Assembly: GCA_016217835.1 (NCBI GenBank)
Contig: JACRFQ010000043.1
Coordinates: 1-63,235 of the forward strand
DNA length: 63,235 nt
Reading direction: 5' to 3'
From: Candidatus Levyibacteriota bacterium
GTDB taxonomy: Bacteria > Patescibacteriota > Microgenomatia > Levybacterales > UBA12049
Below, one piece after another: positions 45,401 to 53,684 of the stretch (positions are counted from its first letter, which is position 1; each line of letters starts with the position of its first letter). The notes beneath the pieces were generated by a model. The model worked only from the letters and a program-made list of their open reading frames with translations, had not been told where the DNA came from and did no database searches. A program made the translations under genes and the position numbers.

Positions 45401-45897
45401 CTTTTTAAATTTATGTAATAAGGTTTATTACTTTTAAGCATTTTATCAACTAATTTAGAAACTTCTTTTGTATTTTCCGGCCAGTACGATTTAATGTTCT
45501 TAAGTACTGCCATTATTTTTTTATCTTCCTTAGTCCAATGTGAAATTCCGTCATGGATATAGTCTTTATTTCTTCCGCTTCCTATTAATTTTACAGGAAT
45601 TTTCTCATGATGAATATAGTTACGTATAGTTTCAAAGGGACGGTACAATAAAAATGATGTGATTGAATAAACTATAGGAATTTTACCGCTTAAAGCCATG
45701 CCCACACCAACGCCAATAAGAGTTTGTTCTGCCGCTCCTACATTTATAAATCTATCGGGAAAATCTTTTCTTATTTTATCCCACATTTTATATCCTAAAT
45801 CATTAACTACAACATAAATATTTTTATTTATTTTCATTTGCTTATGGATGTATTCTGCGAAAAATGCCCTCATTTTAATAAATTCCTGATTTTTCAT
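45397..45897 (-). CDS. transketolase-family pyrimidine-binding (Pyr) subunit, minimal form lacking the usual C-terminal domain
   Basis: FINVGAAEQTLIGVGVGMALSGKIPIVYSITSFLL..PVKLIGSG matches the transketolase Pyr domain. It is only 166 aa and ends at the PYYINLKR-type motif. Confidence 0.75.
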   Translation of the reverse strand: MKNQEFIKMRAFFAEYIHKQMKINKNIYVVVNDLGYKMWDKIRKDFPDRFINVGAAEQTLIGVGVGMALSGKIPIVYSITSFLLYRPFETIRNYIHHEKIPVKLIGSGRNKDYIHDGISHWTKEDKKIMAVLKNIKSYWPENTKEVSKLVDKMLKSNKPYYINLKR

Positions 45898-46628
45898 ATT
45901 AAAGATTTTAAAGCCCCCTCGTAATCTTTTTGCTTAAGAATATAATAATGAGCGTCTTGGCCTTTTAAAAAAGGAAACTGTTCAACTGAAGTATAGGAAA
46001 ATATGCAAGTTAAGTTTTTATTCTCCACTTTTTTTAATAATTTTAAAATTTTTTTACTATCATGACCATCTACAGTACTTACAGCGTATCCAAATCCTTT
46101 AATCCTTTTAGTTAAATTTATTAGGTTTACTTTATCATAAGCACCCCAGCCGTTTGCATTAATAATAATTTTTAAATTGTTTACTTTTTTTTCTTTTGCA
46201 ACACGAAGAGCTTCCCAAATACTTCCTTCGGTACATTCTCCGTCAGAAATCATGCAATAGATATTCTTCTTTCTATCTGCCAAAGCCATACCAAGCGCAA
46301 TTGGAAGCCCCTGTCCAAGACTGCCTGTTGATACATGGATATCATATTTTACATTTCTATCCGGGTGAATATTTAGTTTTTTTATTATATTAGGATTTTT
46401 AAAATATCCGTATTTTTCAAGCACGCTATACCAGGCGATACCCGCATGTCCGTTGGAAAGAACAAATTTTTCATTTCGTTTTTTTGTTTTATAAACCGCA
46501 TCAATTAAATCAACTGCGCTAAGACACGATCCTAAGTGTGAAAAATTAGATTCGTAGCTTAATTCTAAGATTCTCTTTCTTAGTTTTTTTTGTTCTTTAG
46601 TTAAATTTTTAAGAGAAAATTTATACAT
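45894..46628 (-). CDS. transketolase N-terminal (thiamine-diphosphate-binding) subunit
   Basis: The motifs are HLGSCLSAVDL, LSNGHAGIAWY and SDGECTEGSIWEA (the GDG-type ThDP motif context). It overlaps the Pyr subunit gene by 4 nt. Confidence 0.8.
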   Translation of the reverse strand: MYKFSLKNLTKEQKKLRKRILELSYESNFSHLGSCLSAVDLIDAVYKTKKRNEKFVLSNGHAGIAWYSVLEKYGYFKNPNIIKKLNIHPDRNVKYDIHVSTGSLGQGLPIALGMALADRKKNIYCMISDGECTEGSIWEALRVAKEKKVNNLKIIINANGWGAYDKVNLINLTKRIKGFGYAVSTVDGHDSKKILKLLKKVENKNLTCIFSYTSVEQFPFLKGQDAHYYILKQKDYEGALKSLI

Positions 46629-46630
46629 GT

Positions 46631-47563
46631 TTATAAACTATACTTTATATGCCATTCTATTGTTTTTTTTAATCCTTGGTCTATGGAATATTTTGGATTC
46701 CATTTTAATACTTTTCTTGCTTTTTGGTTATTAGCTACCCAATTGTCTGTATCCCATGCCCGTTTTGGAAAAGTTCCTAATTTTAATTTTAATTTAAGAA
46801 TTTTTTCAATTTTTTTTACAATTTCTTTATTGGAATACTGTTTTCCCGTACCAATATTAATAATCTCTCCAGGGTTAAGAGGTGTAGTTAATGTTTTATG
46901 AAAAGCAGAAACAAGATCATCTATGAATACAAAATCTCTCTTAACACTTTCTTTGGTTACTAGTATTTTTTCGTTTTTTAAAGCTTTTTTAATTATTGTT
47001 GGGATAAATCTATTTTTTTCTTCAAATGGTCCATAAACAGAAAACGGTCTTATTATTACGATTGGCTTACTGTTTTTGATAGCGTATCCTTGAGCTAAAA
47101 GTGACGCAGCGCCTTTAGCTGCAGAATAATAGCTGTTTGGGAGTAGATAGTCAATTTCAGCCATTGGTTTATTTTTAAACCCGTATTCCGATGAACTACC
47201 GCAAACTATTAGTTTTTTATAGTTAGTCGACTCTGATGCATTAAATAAATTAATTAAACCCATAACATTAATATTTACTATTTTATTAAAATCAATCTCT
47301 GTAGAGGAATTTCCATAAGAAGCTAAATGAATAATATAGTCCGGTTTTATTTTTTTAATAATTTTTTTTAGTTTTAGATTATTGGTTACGTCTGCTTCAT
47401 GAATCTTAATTGTTCTAACGATTCCATTTAATCTCCAAAGATCAGATTTATTCCTAACCAATATATGAACTTTAAAATTTTTTTTCGCCAAAAATCTGGT
47501 CAGATTGGCACCTATAAATCCGTTTGCCCCTGTAATAAATATAGTTTTATTTTTTCCTGCCAT
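46631..47563 (-). CDS. NAD-dependent nucleotide-sugar epimerase/dehydratase (extended SDR)
   Basis: The motifs are GANGFIGANL (Rossmann), SSSEYG and the catalytic YSAAK. Confidence 0.85.
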   Translation of the reverse strand: MAGKNKTIFITGANGFIGANLTRFLAKKNFKVHILVRNKSDLWRLNGIVRTIKIHEADVTNNLKLKKIIKKIKPDYIIHLASYGNSSTEIDFNKIVNINVMGLINLFNASESTNYKKLIVCGSSSEYGFKNKPMAEIDYLLPNSYYSAAKGAASLLAQGYAIKNSKPIVIIRPFSVYGPFEEKNRFIPTIIKKALKNEKILVTKESVKRDFVFIDDLVSAFHKTLTTPLNPGEIINIGTGKQYSNKEIVKKIEKILKLKLKLGTFPKRAWDTDNWVANNQKARKVLKWNPKYSIDQGLKKTIEWHIKYSL

Positions 47564-47588
47564 AATTTTGGCTTATTATAGCAAATTT

Positions 47589-47597
47589 TGATATCAT
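47589..47597 (+). promoter_or_regulatory. extended -10 promoter TGaTATCAT (same 9-mer as upstream of glyQS)
   Basis: TG at 47589-47590 and TATCAT at 47592-47597. The ATG at 47607 is therefore more plausible as the start than the track's GTG at 47601. Confidence 0.45.
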
Positions 47598-47600
47598 ATA

Positions 47601-48503
47601 GTGCTTATGATTGAGGTTAAATGCGCAATTTGTAAAAATAATAAAAATACAAAAGTATTATATAAGTCTAGATTTATTAAAAAAAAATTAGATTTTAAAA
47701 CTTTTTCTGCGAGAAGAACTCCGGACAGGCTTCATTACAGGTTAGTTAAATGTAAGACTTGCGGATTAATATTTTCAAATCCAATTTTAGATAAGAATGA
47801 AATAAATAAATTGTATTTTAAAAGTGATTTTAATTACAATTTAGAATCAGAATATTTAAGAAAAACGTATTTTAAATATTTAGCAGAATATTTTTCAATT
47901 AAAGACATTAAAACTAAAAAGATTTTAGAAATTGGATGCGGTAATGGATTCTTTCTTGAAGAACTTCAAAAAAATGGAATAGATAATGTTTATGGAATTG
48001 AGCCAGGAAAAGAGTCAGTAGAAAAAGCAAACTTAAAAATAAAAAGAAGAATAAAAATTGATATATTAAAAAAAGACATATTTCCTAACGAAAGCTTTGA
48101 TGTAATTCTTTGTTTTCATACACTTGATCATATTCCAGAACCGAATGAATTTTTAAAGCTAGTATATTCACTTTTAAAAAGAAACGGAAAAATATTTTTT
48201 TTTGTACATAACACAAATGGATTATCTGTTAAATTATTAAAAGAAAAGTCTCCGATATTTGACATAGAACATATTTATTTATTTAATAACAATAACTTAA
48301 GACAAATTTTTATACAAAATAAATTTAAAAGTCCTGAAGTTTTCGATATTAAAAATTCTTATCCGATTAGGTATTGGATAAGGCTATTTCCCATAAATAG
48401 TTTTTTAAAGATTAGGTTAATAAATTTTTTACAATTTTTAAAATTAGATTTAATAAGAATTAAATTAAATGCAGGAAACATAGGAATTATTGCATCTAAA
48501 TAA
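47601..48503 (+). CDS. class I SAM-dependent methyltransferase with N-terminal zinc-ribbon (start probably ATG 47607)
   Basis: The zinc ribbon is CAICKNN..CKTCG. Motif I is ILEIGCGNGFFLEEL, with DVILCFHTLDHIPEP. Confidence 0.8.
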   Translation: MLMIEVKCAICKNNKNTKVLYKSRFIKKKLDFKTFSARRTPDRLHYRLVKCKTCGLIFSNPILDKNEINKLYFKSDFNYNLESEYLRKTYFKYLAEYFSIKDIKTKKILEIGCGNGFFLEELQKNGIDNVYGIEPGKESVEKANLKIKRRIKIDILKKDIFPNESFDVILCFHTLDHIPEPNEFLKLVYSLLKRNGKIFFFVHNTNGLSVKLLKEKSPIFDIEHIYLFNNNNLRQIFIQNKFKSPEVFDIKNSYPIRYWIRLFPINSFLKIRLINFLQFLKLDLIRIKLNAGNIGIIASK

Positions 48504-49248
48504 TGAAATCATTTAACCGCCTTTGATTAATATAGTTAAATTTTAAATCTATGTATGTTTTGAGCATTGACAGAAGCATTTCGTATCCGTTGCTAAATAT
48601 GTTATATTTTGATTTTCTTAGGATTTTTTTATCCATTATTACCGGAACTTCTGTTATTTTTATATCCTCTCTCTCCGAATAAATTGCAAGCTGGGCAGAG
48701 AAAAAAGCATTACTGCTATCACAGAATTTAAGTATCGGTAATATGTCTGTTTTTTTTAGGAAAACAGTTCCTTGCGTATCGCCAACATGAATACTAAATA
48801 ACTTTTTCAAAAACAGCCTATAAATACTAGATGCTATTTTTCTGCTTGCAGACGTGTAAATGACAGATTCGGAATGGGATTTCGAACCAAAAATCAATGG
48901 ATAATTATTTGAGATTTTTAACATTTCATTTAAATCTGAAAATCCAAATGGAAGATCAATAGCCGTTAACAGTATGTTTTCTCCTTTTGCGTTTATGATT
49001 GCGGTTTTTAAAGCGAGGCCATGTGATTTTTTAGCAAGGGAAATTATTTTTATGTTCTTATCCTTAACTCCCCTTAGTTTACTAAGAGTATTGTCTGTGC
49101 TTCCATTTTCAACTATCAGTATTTCAAAGCTTTTGTCTTTTAAAATTTTCTTCAAATCCGTTTGTATTTTTTTTATCATCAAGCTTATTACTTCGGCTTC
49201 GTTATGAACCGGAATACAAAAAGATAAAAAATATTTTGTTTTTAACAT
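48496..49248 (-). CDS. glycosyltransferase family 2
   Basis: The motifs are SFCIPVHNEAEVI, ILIVENGSTDNT and a DLPFG DxD-like region. Confidence 0.8.
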   Translation of the reverse strand: MLKTKYFLSFCIPVHNEAEVISLMIKKIQTDLKKILKDKSFEILIVENGSTDNTLSKLRGVKDKNIKIISLAKKSHGLALKTAIINAKGENILLTAIDLPFGFSDLNEMLKISNNYPLIFGSKSHSESVIYTSASRKIASSIYRLFLKKLFSIHVGDTQGTVFLKKTDILPILKFCDSSNAFFSAQLAIYSEREDIKITEVPVIMDKKILRKSKYNIFSNGYEMLLSMLKTYIDLKFNYINQRRLNDFII

Positions 49249-49273
49249 TTATTGTAAGTTGTTTACTATTTGT

Positions 49274-49287
49274 TGCTATATTATAAT
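49274..49287 (+). promoter_or_regulatory. overlapping -10 boxes TGcTATATT (49274-49282) and TATAAT (49282-49287)
   Basis: The ATG at 49295 lies 7 nt after the TATAAT. The track's TTG start at 49259 lies upstream of these boxes. Confidence 0.45.
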
Positions 49288-49294
49288 ACAAAAC

Positions 49295-50245
49295 ATGAAC
49301 GTAGCGGTGATAGGAACAGGTCAAATGGGGATTAATCATGTAAGAACATATGCTTTAATGAGGGATATTAACCTTATCGCAATTTCCGATATCAACAAAA
49401 CATTGGGGAAAAAAGTAGCAAAGGAATTTAAAACAAAGTTTTACATTAATTATGAGGAGATGATAAAAAATGAAAAAATTGACATTGTTTCCGTTTGCGT
49501 TCCCACAAAATACCATTATCAAGTTGCTAATAATACAATTAAAAACGGAATTAATACTCTTTTAGAAAAGCCAATTGCATTAGATGTTAAAGAAGCTGAT
49601 AAGTTGGTGAATATGTCAGATAAAAAGAATGTTAAATTTTTAGTCGGTCATATTGAAAGATTTAATCCCGCGGTTAAAAAGTTGAAGGAGATGATAGATA
49701 ATAATCAATTGGGTGATATAATTGCCATAATTGCAAGAAGAGTTGGCGGTTTTCCGCCGCAAATAGGTGATGCAAATATCGCGATAGATTTATCTATTCA
49801 CGACATTGATGTTGTTAATTACTTGCTTGACGACTTGCCAAAAGAAGTGGTTGTTAATAAACAAAAGAACCATATTAGCAAAAGAGAAGATTCCGTAGAA
49901 TTTTTTTTAAAATATAAAAAAACCTCTGCTTATCTGCAGGCAAATTGGATAACTCCGGTTAAAATAAGAAAGCTTAATATTACGGGAAAAGAAGGGTATT
50001 TGGAAATGGATTATGTTAGCCAGAAAATAGAATTTTATAAGAGTAATTATAAAAAATTTAAAAAGAAATTTGAAAACTTTTCTGATTATGTTTTAGAATT
50101 TTCCAAGCCGGATAAAATAGATATTAGGGTAGTAAAAAAAGAGCCGCTAAGGGAGGAACTTATATATTTTATTAATTGTGTCCGTAATGATATTAAAATT
50201 GACTCCGGATTTGCAATAGAGGCATTAAAAATTGCATTGAGCTAA
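49295..50245 (+). CDS. Gfo/Idh/MocA-family NAD-dependent nucleotide-sugar 3-oxidoreductase (WlbA/WbpB-like)
   Basis: The Rossmann start is [12 protein letters not shown], with the LEKP and GHIERFNP motifs. It is followed by acetyltransferase and aminotransferase genes. Confidence 0.8.
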   Translation: MNVAVIGTGQMGINHVRTYALMRDINLIAISDINKTLGKKVAKEFKTKFYINYEEMIKNEKIDIVSVCVPTKYHYQVANNTIKNGINTLLEKPIALDVKEADKLVNMSDKKNVKFLVGHIERFNPAVKKLKEMIDNNQLGDIIAIIARRVGGFPPQIGDANIAIDLSIHDIDVVNYLLDDLPKEVVVNKQKNHISKREDSVEFFLKYKKTSAYLQANWITPVKIRKLNITGKEGYLEMDYVSQKIEFYKSNYKKFKKKFENFSDYVLEFSKPDKIDIRVVKKEPLREELIYFINCVRNDIKIDSGFAIEALKIALS

Positions 50246-50249
50246 ATAT

Positions 50250-50765
50250 ATGAGAAGTGTAAAAATTCACAAAACTGCGGATATTCATAAAACGGCAAAA
50301 TTGAGAAAAGGAACATCGGTTTGGAATTGGGTTAAAGTTAGTAAAGGAGCCGTTGTTGGTAAAGATTGTATTTTGGCTAAAGGTGTTTACATAGGAAAGA
50401 ATGTATCAATCGGAGATAATGTAAAAATACAAAATAACGCTTCGATTTACGAAGGCGTAATAGTTGAAAATGGTGTTTTTATCGGTCCTCACGTAGTTTT
50501 TACAAACGATAAATATCCTTTCGCAATTAATAAAGATGGAAGTTTAAAAAAGAAAAAGGATTGGGTATTGGAAAAAACAACAGTAAAAAAAGGAGCATCA
50601 ATAGGCGCTAATTCAACAATTTTGCCGGGGCTTACAATAGGAAGATTTTCAATGATAGGGGCAGGATCTGTAGTAACCAGAGATGTTCCTGATTTTACCT
50701 TAGCTTACGGAAATCCCGCAAAAGTTATATCTAATATAAACAATGAGTTAAAGCGAAAGAAATAG
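50250..50765 (+). CDS. left-handed beta-helix N-acetyltransferase (WlbB/WbpD-like)
   Basis: The hexapeptide repeats read [33 protein letters not shown], which closely parallels the WbpD/WlbB pattern. Confidence 0.85.
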   Translation: MRSVKIHKTADIHKTAKLRKGTSVWNWVKVSKGAVVGKDCILAKGVYIGKNVSIGDNVKIQNNASIYEGVIVENGVFIGPHVVFTNDKYPFAINKDGSLKKKKDWVLEKTTVKKGASIGANSTILPGLTIGRFSMIGAGSVVTRDVPDFTLAYGNPAKVISNINNELKRKK

Positions 50766-50767
50766 CA

Positions 50768-51856
50768 ATGATAACAATATCAAAGGTGAAATTTGACAGA
50801 GAAGAAATACAGTCAATACTCAAAGTAATTAAATCAGGGTCTGTTACCCAGGGAGAAAGGGTTGAAGAATTTGAGAAAAATTTTTCAAAATATATAGGCT
50901 CTAAATACGCAGTCGCAACGTCTAGCGGAACAAGCGCGTTATTTTTAAGTTTGCTTGCATTAGGTATTGGAGCAGGCGACGAGGTAATTACCACTCCATT
51001 TAGTTTTATAGCGTCTTCTAATGCAATCTTATATACAGGAGCAAGACCTGTTTTTGTTGATATAAACGAAAGAACATTTAATATAGACGAGAAGTTAATT
51101 GAGAAAAAGATTAACAATAAGACTAAAGCTATTTTACCAGTTCATCTTTATGGACTTCCCTCTGATATGGAAAGTATTAACGCAATAGCCAAAAGAAACA
51201 AGCTTTTTGTTATAGAAGATGCATGTCAGGCTCATGGCGCTGAATACAAAAATAGAAAAGTTGGAACATTTGGAGATTTGGGATGCTTTTCTTTTTACGC
51301 AACGAAGAATATGACAACTATAGAAGGCGGAATGATAACGACAAACAATAAAAAACTATATGAAAAATTGAAGTTACTAAGAAATCACGGCTCAAAAACT
51401 AGGTACTACCATGATATTTTAGGATACAATTATAGAATGACAGATCTCTCCGCAGCCATTGGCTTAGAGCAGCTTAAAAAATTGGAAAATAATAATAGAA
51501 AAAGAGTGTATAATGCAGAATATTTAAGTAAAAGTTTTGCAAAGATTAATGGAATTAGGGTTCCCTTTATTCCAAAAGACTATAAGCACGTGTTTCATCA
51601 ATATACGCTTCTATTGAATAAAGGAATAAAAAGAGACGAAGTTGTTAAAAAGTTAAAAAAGGCGGGAATTATGGCGGAAGTTTATTATCCCCTGCCCATT
51701 CATAAACAGAAACTATATGAATCGTTAGGATATAAAGAAAAGCTTCCTGTTGCAGAAAAAATTTCTAAAGCAGTCCTTTCCTTACCTATTCATCCTTATG
51801 TTAAAAATCAAGAGCTAAAACAGATTATTTCCGGGATTTCTTCAGCACTCTCTTAA
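50768..51856 (+). CDS. DegT/DnrJ/EryC1/StrS-family PLP-dependent nucleotide-sugar aminotransferase (WlbC/WbpE-like)
   Basis: The motifs are VATSSGTSALFLSL, DACQAHGA and SFYATKNMTTIEGG (PLP lysine context). Confidence 0.9.
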   Translation: MITISKVKFDREEIQSILKVIKSGSVTQGERVEEFEKNFSKYIGSKYAVATSSGTSALFLSLLALGIGAGDEVITTPFSFIASSNAILYTGARPVFVDINERTFNIDEKLIEKKINNKTKAILPVHLYGLPSDMESINAIAKRNKLFVIEDACQAHGAEYKNRKVGTFGDLGCFSFYATKNMTTIEGGMITTNNKKLYEKLKLLRNHGSKTRYYHDILGYNYRMTDLSAAIGLEQLKKLENNNRKRVYNAEYLSKSFAKINGIRVPFIPKDYKHVFHQYTLLLNKGIKRDEVVKKLKKAGIMAEVYYPLPIHKQKLYESLGYKEKLPVAEKISKAVLSLPIHPYVKNQELKQIISGISSALS

Positions 51857-53684
51857 ATAAAATTTCGTGCAATAATGTATAAACCAGGGTAATTCCTACA
51901 AAGAGTATAAATATTAATTTTAAAAATTGGAGCAAGAATAAGTCTTTATATATAACGCTTACATATGAAGTTCCTTTTGGGATATTAAAAGTGATTAATC
52001 CGCGGTATTTACTATCTTCATAATTAATCTTAGTCCTTTTGCCGTTTATTATCACATTCCACCCGGGAAAGTATAGGGTATTCTCTAATACTCTTGCGCC
52101 TTCTTTGGAGAATAATGTATAAGTGTGTTCTGTAGAACTATTTTTTAACACTTTTATTTGTACCTTTCCTTGTATCGATTCAATCTTATTGCTGGGGACT
52201 TTATTAATCCATACAGGTTTATTGCTAAACCAAATAGTGTTTCCGATAAAGTATAAACCCTCACCTTCGTATGTGCTCTTTGGGAGGTTAAGCAATAAGT
52301 TTGAATCGGTAATCTCCGGTATTACTCTTCTGTGCCCCCAATTAAGCATTGTTGAGCCTATTGCAAACACAAGAACTAGATAGATAAGTATCTTTTTATT
52401 TGTATTCATTAAAACTAAGTATGCGGCAACATACGATATGCAAAACGTTATTATTAATAATATCCTGCTGCTCATTAACATATTTTTAATAATAGGTACA
52501 GTTAGCCAAATTATTTCAGAATACTTAAAAAGCATAAATATTAAAATCGCTATGGTCAAAACCCAAATTATAATATCTGTTTTATATTTAGCGTTAATTT
52601 TGTTTAATAATAGGTATCCCAATAAATAGAATAAAATAAATAATTGTGCGTAGCCAATTAGAAAAGATAATTGACCTTCCGGCCCCTGGAATAATAATCT
52701 AAATCTCCAAGGTGAATAAAGAATATCGGAAACTTCAATAAAGCCTGGCAGTTGCTTAAATAAAATTGAGGATAAAGTATACTTTGCATAAGAAAAATAA
52801 GGCGCCCAAGCGTAACCGGACATTACAATTCCTAATATAAATGCTAAAAGCAGTTTTACTAAAACAGAAAATTGCTTCAGACGTTTTTTATGCTGATGGA
52901 ACAATGAAATTGTAAATGGGATAATTATTGCAAGTGATAGTATTGCGATTGCTTGATGAGCCAAGATTAAAAGGGAAAAAATAAGACCGCACCAAAGCAG
53001 ATAAATTATTTTGTCCTTATGAAACAGTTTATAAATAAAAAGTAAAAGAACAGGAATGAGCGTAAAACTAAGCACCTCTCCAACGTCATTCCTGAAATGC
53101 AAATCTATTAAATGATATGGGGTAAATAAGTAAAATACAGAAGATGTAAACGCGGCTAAATCATTTTTTAGCGTCTGTTTTATAAAAAGATACATAAAAA
53201 CGCCGGAGAGTATGTAAGCGAAAGCTAAGAACAGTTTTAAGCTTACGATAAAAGAAAAACCAAGAAAGTGAAAAAAAGAAATTAAGTAATAGGGAAGGGG
53301 ATTTAAAAAAATAAATAACGGGTAACCATATGTCCCGTTAAGTGCTCCTGCCCATGAAGGCATTAGGTTGCCTTCTGTAAGGTTTTGAAAAAATGAAATC
53401 GTCCTGTAAACATGTATATTAAAATCACCGCTTTCGTAATCGCCTATTCTAAAGATACTAATGATTGGTAAAACAGAAATAATAAGAAGTAAAACGAATA
53501 AGTTAATTTTCTTTTTGGGATAAATGACCTTATAAAAAATGGTTACTGCTAAAATCAAAGCAGATGCAATTACATTAACAACAACCATTCTATAAGGATC
53601 AAACATAATACTTGTATTAATGTATTCTAAGCTACAAGATGCTATAATTTCAACCATATTATATGGCTGCTTTTGAATCATCAT
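51825..53684 (-). CDS. large polytopic membrane protein, GT-C-like candidate (COG5617/YfhO-like); start uncertain (53684, 53657 or 53606)
   Basis: It has about 13 TM helices. An external loop motif GNLMPSWAGALNGTYGYPLFIFLNPLPYY and a C-terminal beta-rich soluble domain are present. Confidence 0.5.
   Translation of the reverse strand: MMIQKQPYNMVEIIASCSLEYINTSIMFDPYRMVVVNVIASALILAVTIFYKVIYPKKKINLFVLLLIISVLPIISIFRIGDYESGDFNIHVYRTISFFQNLTEGNLMPSWAGALNGTYGYPLFIFLNPLPYYLISFFHFLGFSFIVSLKLFLAFAYILSGVFMYLFIKQTLKNDLAAFTSSVFYLFTPYHLIDLHFRNDVGEVLSFTLIPVLLLFIYKLFHKDKIIYLLWCGLIFSLLILAHQAIAILSLAIIIPFTISLFHQHKKRLKQFSVLVKLLLAFILGIVMSGYAWAPYFSYAKYTLSSILFKQLPGFIEVSDILYSPWRFRLLFQGPEGQLSFLIGYAQLFILFYLLGYLLLNKINAKYKTDIIIWVLTIAILIFMLFKYSEIIWLTVPIIKNMLMSSRILLIITFCISYVAAYLVLMNTNKKILIYLVLVFAIGSTMLNWGHRRVIPEITDSNLLLNLPKSTYEGEGLYFIGNTIWFSNKPVWINKVPSNKIESIQGKVQIKVLKNSSTEHTYTLFSKEGARVLENTLYFPGWNVIINGKRTKINYEDSKYRGLITFNIPKGTSYVSVIYKDLFLLQFLKLIFILFVGITLVYTLLHEILFKRVLKKSRK
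53640..53648 (+). promoter_or_regulatory. extended -10 promoter TGcTATAAT
   Basis: TG at 53640-41 and TATAAT at 53643-53648, with the ATG at 53663. Confidence 0.45.
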
